Source: Lama guanicoe (lineage: Eukaryota). Taken from it: 64,000 nt of DNA. How positions within the stretch are numbered: the first letter of the stretch is position 1; each line of letters begins with the position of its first letter. The stretch lies in assembly GCA_013239625.1 (NCBI GenBank), contig MU053482.1, positions 4,115,922 through 4,179,921 of the forward strand, given 5' to 3'. The translations under genes were made by a program, and so were the position numbers. Shown here piece by piece: positions 1-11,944 of this stretch. The notes under the pieces were generated by a model, which saw only the letters and a program-made list of their open reading frames with translations, did not search any database and was not told the origin of the DNA.

Positions 1-157
1 TGACACTCTTGTACTTGCTTGTTTAATTATCTCCTTTCCTCTTTCAAAATGTTCTCCATGTTCTTCACCAGATTTGCACTTAGACAGGTGCTAAGTGGTG
101 CCTAGAACAGATCACGGGTTTCCAGCAGAGGTGGGGCAGCTGGGCCGGGTGGGAGTA

Positions 158-292
158 GCACATAGTTTTTAAAAGCACAGCTTTGGAGCTAGTGAGAATT
201 GGATTCAATTTGTTTTTTTAACCTCCGCCACCTGTTGCTGTGGCAAGTTACTTCTCCTCCTGAGCCTCAATTTTACCTGTCAAAGAGGGGGA
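158..292 (+). mobile_element. MIR SINE fragment
   Basis: MIR-like core: agcacagctttggagc...ggcaagttactt...tgagcctcaattttacctgtcaaa. Confidence 0.6.
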
Positions 293-1517
293 TGGAGTGC
301 AGATGTGTTTCACTCTGAGCCTGTCTCAGTGTGAACTCCGTGTGCATGGTGTTGTGGTGGGGACAGGACATCTGGGTCAATTCTGGCCCCCCCACATGCT
401 GGCTGAGTGGCAACTCTGGGGTAGTTACCCTCTCATCTACTAAATGCATGTGGCAATGACCACTGCACTGGGCTGTGGGCTCTGGAAGCCCCTGTCATAA
501 TGCTGGGATACTGTAAGGCCTTAGTCTGCACTTGGTATCATTACATATTTTATAATAACCATTATGATTGCCACTATTTGGCTTCTCCTGTACAGCCCCC
601 TTCAGGGGACAAATGACTGCAGAGGACTCACATGTCTGGCTGAAGCTCAACAGACAGAAGACGTGCTGCCCTCCAGAGTCCCCAGCCCAGCAGGGAGGGG
701 TGCAAGAGCCACCCCTCCCACCACCAAGACTGGGAGCACCTGTTCACCTAGAGGTCATCTCTGCTCCCCTCTCTTCTGCGAGAAGGAACACATCTATGGA
801 GTGGGTGAAGGCATCTGCCTTGGATCTAGCCTTTGGGTTCCTGGCAGCTTCTGGGCATTGGAGCAGAAGATGTGTATTTGGCGTGTTTACCCCACCACTT
901 CTGGACCCCGCCTGATGACACCGAAATAAACAAGAGAAAGCCCTTGCTCTCTGAGGCCCATGTGACGAGCCGCTCTGCTGACTAATGGCCTAACACAGAG
1001 AATCTCAGAAATCTTACCCTCAGCCGATCTCAGAGACCCTCTCATGGATGGTAGACAAAGGCCAGGAAAGAAAATCACAGGCATTTAGACTTCATAAAAG
1101 ATGACATCATGAAACTTCCATGGAGGCTTGGGGGGGGCGTGGGAGGAACAAGTGAAAGGGAGCTGGGCCTAGGACACGTGTCATAGCTGGCATGATGTAG
1201 CAAGACCCACACCAGACGGAGGCCACAGACAGGAGGAACTGTGCCAGAGAAGCAGGGCCACTGGAGGCAGGGTAAAGATGTGGGACAGAGTGATGGCTTA
1301 GCATTGCAAGTTCTCCGGCGTGGGGATGCCAAAACGAGGAGGGCCAGGGGAGGGGTACCAAATGAGTGGCTGGGAAATGAAGACCAAAGGTCAGTAACCA
1401 AAAAGGTAGATGAGGTTGTAGGATACAGGAAGCCACTACCAAGATGTAGAACTTAATTTTTACATAGGGTGCCTGTGACCCAGGCTCGTTACAACAAGGG
1501 TGGCATGTGTCCAGACT

Positions 1518-1647
1518 CGGCATGTCAGCCCGAGACTGGACCTCGTGGCTTCTAGGCGGGTCCTGGAACTAGTCTTACAGGCACTGGGGACGCCTGACGG
1601 CATGTCAGCCCGAGACTGGACCTCGTGGCTTCTAGGCGGGTCCTGGA
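1518..1647. repeat. Perfect 50-bp direct repeat, two copies, with a 30-bp unique spacer
   Basis: CGGCATGTCAGCCCGAGACTGGACCTCGTGGCTTCTAGGCGGGTCCTGGA at 1518-1567 and 1598-1647; spacer 1568-1597. Confidence 0.97.
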
Positions 1648-1659
1648 CAACATGCTTCT

Positions 1660-1992
1660 TGACCACACCAAGTTCTTTCCTGTCTCTGTGCCTTTGCACC
1701 TGCTATTCCATCTTTCTGGAATAACTTCCCCTGCTTATTACCCAGCTCAAATATTACCTTCTTTCACCCACCCAGTCTAAATTAGGTCCCCTCTGAATAC
1801 TGTTAGGGCCCCACCCTTTTTCTTAATAATGCTTATTCGCAGTACTTCTGTTTACGTATTTATTCTTTCAGTGTCTGCCCTCCACCTCCACCGCCCCACT
1901 ACAGTATAGACTCCAGAAAGACAAGGATCGTGTTGTGTACACCGGTACCGGGCACTTAGTACGTATTCAATAGCAGTGATTTGAATGAGTGA
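1660..1992 (+). mobile_element. L2 LINE 3' fragment
   Basis: gcctttgcacctgctattcc...tatagactccagaaagacaagga...attcaatagcagtgatttgaatgagtga, typical of a decayed L2 3' end. Confidence 0.6.
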
Positions 1993-3939
1993 CTCCAGCA
2001 ATCCGAGAGCCCTGGGCTTTTCACTAACCATACAGAGGCGGTTTTAACTTGCTCAGCTGGATCCTCTAATAAAGGCCATAAACATAAAATGTGCCAGATT
2101 TTACTGAACACAACGACTTCCTTCAAATCCAAGTGGTTTTTCAGCAAAGCTCTGACATTTTAGTGTATGCTGCTGCAACCAAGGAGAGTTACTTTGGCTG
2201 CAGAGCTTAAATTACCATCGTAAAACCCAGAAAGTTATCAAATGCTCCTGGGTTATCGCAGGCGGTTTTGTCTTATGGAACCATGAACTCACTGTAGAGA
2301 AAGCCCCCGACCTCACCAATGCTTGCCGATGCCTGCAGAGCAGCTGCTGGGCTGTCCCCAGATGTGACCCGAAGCAGGCTGTAAACAACAGTTACCCAGG
2401 GCAGAGCAAGTCCCTCTCACCATCAGCCCCTCCCAGGGAGCCCTAATCCTGCGATGGTTTCTGAAAAACTTGGCACATCAGCTGGGATCTACAAGAAAGC
2501 ACACAGGTCTTGGGGGTTGGTGGAGGGGGTGTGAATCCTCCTCTGTTACACATTAGCCTTTGACTTGGATCTGTCCTTGGATGTCAGTGGCCTTTTTATT
2601 GGGACAACTGGCAGGTTGAAAAGAGATGCTGTATGAAAAACTCCCACTAGCAAAGACAGTGTCTAGTAGGTTCTTAGGAAGGGTCAGATTCTTTTTCCTT
2701 CCCAGGAAGGGGAGCTGCTGGTACAAGGTCAAGGTCAGAAGACTAAGTTTCTGTCTTATGTTTGCCACATACATAAATAGACCTGTTTCCTTCTCAAGCC
2801 TCAGTTTCTCCCAGCTGCCAACTGGAAGAGCTGGACTCAATGCCATTTCAGATCCCGTCTACATTTTGCATCCTGTGATTCTCAGTTTTCTTGCCAGTAC
2901 CTCAAAGGATGGTCAGTATTTGAAGCACAACTGGCAGAGCTGTGAACTGGGAGTTGTAAAATAGAGATACAGTGGAAGCAAGGCAATAGGACGCAGTGCA
3001 ACCACTCCTCCTACTCAGAGTCTGGTGATCACTCTGTAGTCTCCGGCAGGAATAGCCAAAGACTCTCTGGCGTTAAATCCCTTCACTTGTTAACGTCCTT
3101 CTGAAGCACTGGGTTGAGAAGGATTCTGAGGCTCTCTCTGGACTTAGTGGAAAAGCCACCACCCTCTACTAGTAGCAGCTGCCATGGGGAAGGGAGCGGG
3201 GGTGGTGGCACCTTCCCCTTGCCCTTCACAAGCGCAGTCCACAGGATAAGATCCCAAATCCTGTCCTTATGATTTTTAATTTTTAATGAGTTCTTCTCTC
3301 TTGGCAAAATGTTCCCACTGTTCCCTTAGCCCAGAAATCCTCCTTCCTGCTTTCCATCCATCCAAAGCCAGCCTGGCCCTGTTCCTCCAAACTCCTGAAA
3401 CACATGATTTGTACCACTCATGTAGTCCTTATTTCTGGCTCATGTTGTTAATCATCTTTTTATATGTAACTGTCTCGCCTAACTTGGCTGTGAAATGCCA
3501 AGACAAGAGTCGAAAGCCAAGTGAGGGGAGGGAGACGAGGAGGATGGAGGCTGACACCTGAGAACTGCCGGCAGAAGATCAGAAATGTGTCTGCAGAGTG
3601 GTCATAGGGTCAGAAATGCAGGCAAACAAAGACACTGACGAGGGCTGAGCAGGGCACTCATTCTTAGGGCATCCTTCAATTTTCTCCCTGGACGCCTTAC
3701 CCATCTCACACTAGTCCCTGCCCTGCATGGGAAGGAGAAGGAAACAGAGGTCAAATCCCAGCAAAGCTAAGACAAGAGCCAAGAGCGGAAGCTGTCAGCC
3801 TGTTCCCTCTAGCGCACGTATTTGTTTGTCTGGCTAATTCCTACCTACTCTCCCCGGCTGCCCTGAATTTGGCTAAATGTCGCAGCTTTGCATTCCCACG
3901 TCACCTCCACTTCCTCTTGCACAGCACTTACGGTAGGTT

Positions 3940-4621
3940 TGTGCGTGTACAATGCATATGTACAGCTTAAAGACACGTGAGACAAGGGACAACTGTTTAC
4001 CTACCACCTGCCTACAAAACAGGACATTGGCAGCAACTTAGAAATCTGTGTGGTCCTCTTTACCTCCAAAAGTAACCCATTATCCAGAATTTTGTTAATA
4101 ATTTCTTTGCTATCAGTCTTAACTACCTGCTTGGTTTTACCTGGTTTTGAATGCTATATAAATGGAAGCATATTGTCTGCATTTTGCAATTTACATCTTG
4201 TTTCATTTACTTTCATCACCATCGTGTTCCACTGTATGAATATACAGACATTCATTTATGCATTCTACTGGTGGTTGACAGTCTGGTTGTTTCTAGGATT
4301 ATGAATAGTGCTCCTTGGAACATTCTTATATGTATCTCATGGCACCCAAGAGAGGGCACCTCTCTGTGTATCTACATCACAGTGAGATTTCTGAGGCATA
4401 GGTTATAACACACATTTAGCTCTTCCAAAGTGAGTATCCCATGCTCCACTCCCACCAGCACAGATGAGCACTCATGTTGCTTCACAATCTCACCAACATT
4501 CGGCATTGTCCAACTTTTTAATTTTGCCAATCTGATGGCTGTGAAATTCATGCTCACTGTAGTTTTAATTTGCAATTTCCTGAGTACCAGTGAGATGGAG
4601 ATTTTCTCCTGTTTACTGGCC
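3940..4621 (-). mobile_element. Old L1 (L1M-type) fragment
   Basis: Antisense L1 ORF2-end/3'UTR text: tcaccaacattcggcattgtc...ttttaatttgcaatttcctg...gtgagatggag. Confidence 0.7.
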
Positions 4622-4764
4622 CGCACCACCAGGCTGCAAGAGAAGGCCTTGTGGCCACCTTGCTCTCCTTAAGGAACCTCTAGAGCCTAAATAGGGCCTG
4701 GCACACGATAGATGATTGATGAATGCTTATTGCATGGATGAAGGGTCAAGAGCTGGGTCTTGGT

Positions 4765-5451
4765 GCTACGGAAGACAGTGTGGAAGTTTCTTAAAAAACT
4801 AAAAATAGACTTACCCAGCAACCCCACTACTGGGCATACATCCAGAGAAAACTCTAACTCAGAATGACACACGCACCCCAACGTTCATAGCAGCACTATA
4901 TACAATAGCCAAGACATGGAAACAGCCTAAATGTCCATCAACACAGGACTGGATAAAGAAGTTGTGGTATATTTACACAGTGGAATACTACTCAGCCAGA
5001 AAAAAAAGAATAAAATAACACCATTTGCAGCAACATGGATGGACCTAGAGATTATCATATTAAGTGAAGCAAGTCAGACAGAGAAAGACAAATATCATAT
5101 CATATGACTGACACATGGAATCTAGAAAAAAATGATACAAATGAACTTATTTACAAAACAGAAATAGATTCACAGACATAGAAAACAAACTATGGTCACC
5201 AAAGGAGAAAAGAGTTGGGGGGAGGGAGAAATTAGGAGTTCGGGATTTAGATATATACACTATTATATAGAAAATAGATAAGCAACAAGGACCTACTCTG
5301 TAGCACAGGGAACTATATTCAATATCTTGTAATAACCTATAATGGAAAAGAATCTGAAAAAAGAATATGTATATGTATCTCATTGAGTAACTTTGCTGTA
5401 CTCTTGAATACAACATTATAAATCAGCTACACTTCTAATTTAAAAAAAAAA
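4765..5451 (+). mobile_element. 5'-truncated L1 (artiodactyl-type) with poly(A) tail and degenerate TSD
   Basis: ORF2 C-terminus text (catagcagcactatatacaatagccaagacatggaaacagcctaaatgtcc), 3'UTR and A-tail. TSD aagagctgggtcttggt (4748-4764) versus aagtgttgggccttagt (5452-5468), 13/17 identical. Confidence 0.9.
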
Positions 5452-6374
5452 AAGTGTTGGGCCTTAGTCCTGAATCATCCCCAGGGCCCTTTCCCTGGTG
5501 CTCTCCCAGGCTTCCAAGGGCAAATATTTCATTATTTTCAAGTGTAAGGAAATATTTTTGAAGTCTGACAATGCTTATTCTCCCATCAGACCCCACAGAG
5601 AAACAGTCCCTGCGGATCCAGTTTCCCAAGCTCTCTTCTTGCAATAAAACACTGCCAAAGAGTCTTCTGGACAGAACTGCTGCTTGGAAGGGAAAAAAAA
5701 AATGATGCTTTTTCTTGGACGGTGTCCCTCAAGGGTTCTGGTTCTGGGTCAGCCCTAAGAGGCACTTGAAGCAGTTTCCCTGTTTGAAAGGGATTCTTCG
5801 TAACTATCAGGAGGCAGCAGGCAGATTCATCTGGCAGGACTCCAAGAGGAGACCAGCTGGGCTGGAATGTCTGGAAGGTTTTCATGAAGAAAAGGTTAAA
5901 AGGCTGTTTTGCAGGGATTTGAGATTTGCTGAAATACAGGAAACGGCGGGGCAGCCATGACACCAAGCTCAGCAAACTGGCCCATGAGATACACTGGACC
6001 CAGCTTTTCCCCGGACCCCAAGGCTCTGCCTATATAGACTGGGGCCACGAGAGTTCACTTCCTCATGGGACACTCCAGGAGGCTGAGGCTCGCTTTGCAA
6101 ACACGGTCATTGAGATTAGAAGGCATCTTTTAATGGTTCTGACCAAGGTGAGCTTATTCATGGTTCCCTCAAATCTCCTATCAGCCTCAAATCTCATACC
6201 CCAATTCTCATATCGCCCTGATTAACACTGACCAAATGCAGGCTAGGCTGGACTCAACACAAAACAGAAAAATAAGGAAGAAGTTAGTCCTGGTCCTTCC
6301 TGGGACTGGGGAAGTAGAGACAGGAGAAGGAGGGGTCTCCACGGGCGTGGCTGACTCTGCGTGCTCCTCTGCCT

Positions 6375-6744
6375 CTCCCAGCCTCCCCTGCAGTTGGAAG
6401 GGATTATGTGGGTGGCTCAGGCCAATGAAATAAAAAAGGAAGTTACACCTGTCACTTTCTGGCCAAAGCGGGTGCACCTCCAGTGTGGGAAGACCACGAA
6501 ACATGTACCCCTTCTCCTACCAAGCCATTGGATGTTTACACCAAGATGACCTTGAAGTTAAAAGACAGGAAACACACAAGAAAAGCAACCTGAGTCCTCA
6601 GCTACCACTTGAAGAAGAGCTGACCAGGAGAGCCTCCCACCTTTAGGGGACTGTGAGGTGAGCGAGAAATAAACTTGTCCTAGGTTCAGCCTTTGGGGTT
6701 TGGGCGCTGCTGCTGCAGGCAGTGATCATTTCCCTGATTCGTAC
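6375..6744 (+). mobile_element. MaLR solo LTR (old MLT1-type)
   Basis: ggccaatgaaat...ggaagttacacctgtcactttc...gtgagcgagaaataaacttgt...tgattcgtaca. Confidence 0.55.
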
Positions 6745-7247
6745 AAGCTGCCAGCCCGTGAAGAGGCAAGGTGCCCAGAGAGGCTCGGGCCGTGCAGCAC
6801 AGATGACCGGGGGTCAGTCTATTGGGTGAGATTTTCTAGGTTCCAGGCTTGGGGAGAGATTGTCCAAGTCCAGGTGATGAGTCCATTCAGAGCAGGTCCC
6901 CACGAGGAACTGAGGATACAGAGAAGAGATTTAGTCCCTAGGGGTGAGCAAGGGAGCTACCAGGGCTGGGCAGGGTGTTAGAACCCCTGCAAAACAGGCT
7001 GTCGGGGAGAGTCTGGTTCAAGGTCAGAACCAGAGCAGTGGTCAGAAAACCAAGCTAGAAGCCAGCAGGATGGAAGAGGAAAAAGCCAGGGGCTTGGAGA
7101 CCACACATGGCTCAGGGTTCCTCCGACAGCCACAGACAGCAGCCCCATGGCAGAGTGAGCCCGGGAGGCAGGGCTCAGCCACACCTCCAGCCCTGCTCAT
7201 GTGACACAGTCAAGACAGGGCTGAGCCTCACAGCTCCCCCTGCGTGA

Positions 7248-7279
7248 GCTGGGAAGGCTGGGAAGGCTGGGAAGGCTGG
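7248..7279. repeat. 9-bp tandem repeat (GCTGGGAAG), about 3.5 copies
   Basis: gctgggaag gctgggaag gctgggaag gctgg. Confidence 0.9.
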
Positions 7280-8399
7280 CTAGTTCCAGCCCAAGGATGT
7301 CTACAGAATGAAACTGTAGGAGCCCCCAGCTCTGAGACAGAAGTGTTGGCCAAGTTCCAAATCAGAGTCCCATTGACACGTGCACTTCCTACTCTAATCG
7401 CATCTTTGTTTTGAACTAAGATCTCTGGCCCCATTATCATCACTGATGCTGTCAGAGAATAATAATGAGCTTGAATGTCCAGGGACGCAGGGAACAATTT
7501 TCTGAAATCCCAATAAAACCCTTCCCATGCCTAGTCTGCGAGTCCTTTTTCCAGCTAACTCGGCGCAGCCATTTCCTCAGGAGTGCCCAGAGCCCTCTCT
7601 GGTGGGGTAAGCCCCTCGGAATCGCTGTGAGCACCTTCTCCTTGTGGATGTACTCCTCTATCCAGCTGCTATTCAGAGCTGATCCTCTGGACTATGTTTA
7701 ATTTATACTTTGCTACAGGAAGATGAACCACTTACTCATTTAAAGTGTTTCCTTTTTTATGTCTTTAATCAGTGGCTGTTTCTTTCCTCTCTCAGAAGCT
7801 TAATCTAATCAGAAACAAATCCCACACAGATGACTGGCTCATTAGCATGTCCCAATGAAATTCAAATCGACTGTCCATGCCAGATTCGCCACCTCCCTCC
7901 CCCCAAAAAAGGTGACACTGGCCCAAAAGACAAGCTGGGAGGATAAGTCAGGAGGGTCCTTTCTGAAATGTAGGGCAACTAGAATCACTGAAGGACAGTA
8001 TAATACACTCTGTCACCTTCCAGCACAGTGAGGTCCATGTGACAGGTGACATCTGAGATGCTGAACATTTTCTCACTCAGAAATGATTTGTTCTAAGGAG
8101 TTTTCCTCTTACTCCATTGGAATTCAGATTAAGAACACTGTTGTGCTGGGTCTTCACTTAAAGAGATTTGCCCTTTTCATACACATCAAAATGAATTGTT
8201 AGCGTGGGTTTCATCTCTGATAGGTACCCACAGCAAACTCACATTAAAAATGGGATTTACAAAAGAGATCAGCCTTGAAGTAAAGCAGAATTGCAGGGGA
8301 CCTAACAGATTACCTCCCACCTGAGGTTCAAGGTCATGTGATCATTTAGAAGCAGAGTAGGGAATGTTTCTAAGTCCTCTGGCTCTTGAGAGACAGGGG

Positions 8400-8645
8400 G
8401 TCACTGTGGTCAGAGCATAGGGGTTAAACAGTCTTGGTGTCAGATCCCACACTTCCCATTTGCTGGATTGGTGACTTCATTTCACTTTCTAATATTCAGC
8501 TTTCTTGTCTATGGAAATGGAGACAAAAATGACACATGGAAAAAATAGCTGTTGCGAGGATTAAATGAGAGAATGCACGTGGGGGGTTTATTTTAACACC
8601 TAACCCAGTTTAGAGCCCACTAAGTATGAGGTGTAACTATTATCA
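8400..8645 (+). mobile_element. MIR SINE
   Basis: tgtggtcagagcatagg...gtctatggaaatggag...gttgcgaggattaaatgag. Confidence 0.6.
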
Positions 8646-8736
8646 CTGTAAGATTTCACTGATGGTAAGATTCACCATCTCTGTAACAGGAGCTTTTCAG
8701 GACAGGAGGAAACACTACATTCCGCTAAGCTAGAGA

Positions 8737-9172
8737 TTTATATATCCAACTGCCTAATTTCACCTCCACTTGCATATTTCTCAGGCATCACAAGCTTACC
8801 TTGTCCAAAACCAAGTTCTTGATTTCTTTTCCTGCCTGCCCATCTGTCCCTTAGTCTTCCCCTCACCCACCTAATAGCCCAAGTCTGAAACCCACAAAAG
8901 TAATTGTGTAGCTCATTCATAATTATGTCCTCTTCCTCCCCCTTCCCATCCAACAATACATCAGCAAATTTGGTCAGTTCTACCTCCTAAATATATCTTA
9001 AATGTAATCACATCTCTCAATCTGCACAGCTAACATTCTGGTCCAAGCTGCCATTACCTTTGTGTGGACAACTCTATCAATAGCCTCCTAACAAGTTTCT
9101 TTGATTTAACCCATGTTGCCCTCCAATCCATCTTATAAACTTATAAATTGGATCATGCCACTTCTCTGCTTT
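8737..9172 (+). mobile_element. L2 LINE fragment
   Basis: atatccaactgccta...cacctccacttgcatatttctcaggcatcacaagctta...gatcatgccacttctctgct. Confidence 0.7.
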
Positions 9173-9291
9173 AATTCAATTCAACAGTTATTTATTGAGT
9201 ACTTTCTATGTGCTGGGTACTGTTGTATGAGACGGGAATTTTGTCACTGAACAAAATATACAAAATTCCTGACTGTTTGGAGCTTACATTC

Positions 9292-9654
9292 TGTGTTTTT
9301 CATTGTCCCCCCAATTTCAAAAATTCATATGTTGAATGCCCTCCATGTGACTGTACTGGAACCTTTAAGGATGTGATTAAGGTTAAATGAGGTTGAAGGG
9401 TGGAGTCCTGATCAAACAGAACTGCTGTCCTTACAAGAGGAGGAACTGACAGTAAAGTTCCCTCTCTGGCATGTAACAGCACAGTGGGAAGGTGGTCATC
9501 TGCACACCAGGAAGAGAGCTCTCACCAGAATCTGACCATGCTGGTCCCCTGATCTCAGACTTTCAGCCTTCAGAGCTGTGAGAAAATAAACTACTGTTGT
9601 ATAAGCCATTCAGTCTGTGGTATTTTGTTATGGCAGCTGGTGTTGACTAATACA
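9292..9654 (+). mobile_element. MaLR solo LTR (MLT1A-like), adjacent to an antisense L2 3' end (about 9173-9291)
   Basis: TG...CA ends; aattcatatgttgaa, gattaaggttaaatgagg, ctgtgagaaaataaa, ggtattttgttatggcagc...actaataca. Confidence 0.75.
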
Positions 9655-9883
9655 GCACTTACTGCGATTTGTAAGTACACATCTAGTCTTCGTGCCCTTT
9701 CATCGCTGTCTGTCCACTGAAGCATTGAAATCCAAGATAAGAATCTGTCTTGAAATCATAGTATTACTAATATTTTCCCTCCTCTACTCCGCGATTTCTT
9801 TATGAGACTATAATTCCACATGTCATCAAGACTCTCACTCACTGATGAGCAGCATTTGAAGCAGGAGTAATGTATAAAGCCAG

Positions 9884-10034
9884 GGGGAAGGTATAGCTCA
9901 AGTGGTAGAATGCACGCTGAACATACAGAAGGTCCTTGGTTCAATACCCAGTATCTCCTCAAAAAATAAATAAATAAGTAAACTTAATTACCTCCCCCCA
10001 AAAAAAATTTAAAAAAGAAAATTAAAAAAAAATT
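9884..10034 (+). mobile_element. tRNA-Ala-derived camelid SINE (Vic-1-like), full form
   Basis: A box (tagctcaagtgg) and B box (ggttcaatacc), then aataaataa...taattacctccccc and an A-rich tail. TSD taatgtataaagccag (9868-9883) / taatgaataaagccag (10035-10050). Confidence 0.9.
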
Positions 10035-10485
10035 TAATGAATAAAGCCAGAGGCACTCTGCATCAAGTGTGGCCTGCACCAAGCAAGGAAAGAGGCCCCG
10101 TCCCTTAGACTTTCCAAAACTAGACAGACAGCACAGACCCAGACAGAGACAGGACCAAAGGCACTAATGAGTAAATGTGTCCTGGGGTAGTTTACACCAG
10201 GGGTAACTCTTTATCTTTCGGATTGACTTTATGTGCAGGTAAGCCTGTTTGATGGAGAAACTTGTATGTAGGGTAAACTGTTACCTGTAAGCATGGGGAA
10301 ATTTCACTCATTGGGATCCTGCCCCTTGCATCGCTTTACAAAGTGAAGAGTGTTTGCAGTGGGGGTAGATGTCTCTGAAGTCCCCTTCTGCAATGTCAGA
10401 TTTGTGAATATCAGGTTTTTTAAAAAAGAAAACCACAATGGTTTCTGGAGTGGTGATGCTGATGCTGATGCTGATGTGGAAGAGG

Positions 10486-10604
10486 NNNNNNNNNNNNNNN
10501 NNNNNNNNNNNNNNNNNNNNNNNNNNNNNNNNNNNNNNNNNNNNNNNNNNNNNNNNNNNNNNNNNNNNNNNNNNNNNNNNNNNNNNNNNNNNNNNNNNNN
10601 NNNN
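10486..10604. other. Assembly gap (119 N) between (TGATGC)n and G/A-rich low-complexity sequence
   Basis: N run; left flank tgatgctgatgctgatgctgatg, right flank aaggaggagggagggggagaagg. Confidence 0.99.
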
Positions 10605-11944
10605 AAGGAGGAGGGAGGGGGAGAAGGCGGAGGGGGAGGGGAGCAGGGGGAGGAGCCCCTGCTCAGTGTCTGTCAGTCATTCTGGGGACATGATTCTGGC
10701 CTTGCCTGGGTCCCTTCCTGGAAAATTAGAACCATGATGTAATGGTGGCAAAGAAACTACCTTCCAAGGGCACAGTACAAAGCAGCAGGCCAAATCAAGT
10801 AAAGCAAAATACAAAAAAGAAAAAGAAAAAGAAAAGGAGAGACTGACTCTGGAGCTTTAACATCCATTGCTGGCTCCCAGGTTTTTTGCTTTTGCTTTTT
10901 CCCCCCCAAATCAGGAAATTAAACATTGATATATTACTATTATCTAATCCACAGCCTCTAATCAAATTTTGTTAATGGTCCCAATAACAGCCTTTATAGC
11001 TATTTTCCCCCTTGGTCCCAACTTTTTAAGAAGGTTAAAAATTTCCTCCAGCTTAGCTCTCAAAACCCTTCATCAAGTGTTACCTCTTCTGCACATCTTA
11101 TTAATCTTACTTTTCTATAGCTCCCTCATTGAACACAATTAAAAAAACATAAGTGTGACAACTCTTCCAAAGTAAAATTGTCTGTGGGCCCTCTCCTTCT
11201 TCTGCCCCCCACCATTTCTAGCTAATTGCTTCATTATGTACTTTTTAATTGCTTTGTTCTTTAGGGATTAATTTTGCACTTATCTTTACCAACCGTAAAA
11301 CTTTTACAACAGACCGTTAAGCTGCGTCTGTTCAGCGGCTGGTTTGTAATTGTGGAGTCACTCCATGGCTGGCGAGCCAAAGATAACGTGCTGTGCCAAA
11401 GAGGCCTTCCTCTCCGTGTTTCAGGGGGCTTCTGGCCGCCCAGCATAGCAGAATAATTGGCAATGGACTTCTTGGGGTGCCATACTTCCCTCCCATATGG
11501 CACTGCGACCAGGGAAGCCCCTCCAGACCCGGAGGTTTGGGCTTCACAGACTCCAGGCTGTTTAGACCTCAAGGGCCCTGGAAATTTCAGGCTCCATGGT
11601 CCCAGGAGGCCGCACCCAGTGGCACACGTTCCAACAGAGCAGGGCTGGCTATAGCTGACCGCCTAGAAGGAAAATGTCAGCTACTCTTCCAAGGTCGAGT
11701 CTGCACTTTCCCAGCACCTTTGCACTTGGCCTCTGCCTGCAAGCAGGCACTGGGTCGCCAGTTTTCAAGGAATTCCTCTCTCTCCATTCATGGTGAAAGA
11801 AAATCTCTCATCTCCCTGCCTCCTCAATCCCTCTTTAGCCCTCTGCAATCTGTCTTCCATCACTTCCCTGTGACCCTGACCTTCCCCTCCAACGTGTCTT
11901 CCATGAGCGTTCGGACACCCTTTCTCCACTCACATTCTCAGTGC

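Noticed and set aside
1518..1647. CRISPR-like repeat-spacer-repeat
   Set aside because: Only two repeats, no leader or cas genes, and a mammalian intronic context. Kept as an unexplained direct repeat.
1935..1965. Overlapping palindromes (gtgtacac, ccggtaccgg, tacgta) resembling a polylinker
   Set aside because: Very short, collinear with a decayed L2 end and with no vector context; compatible with chance.
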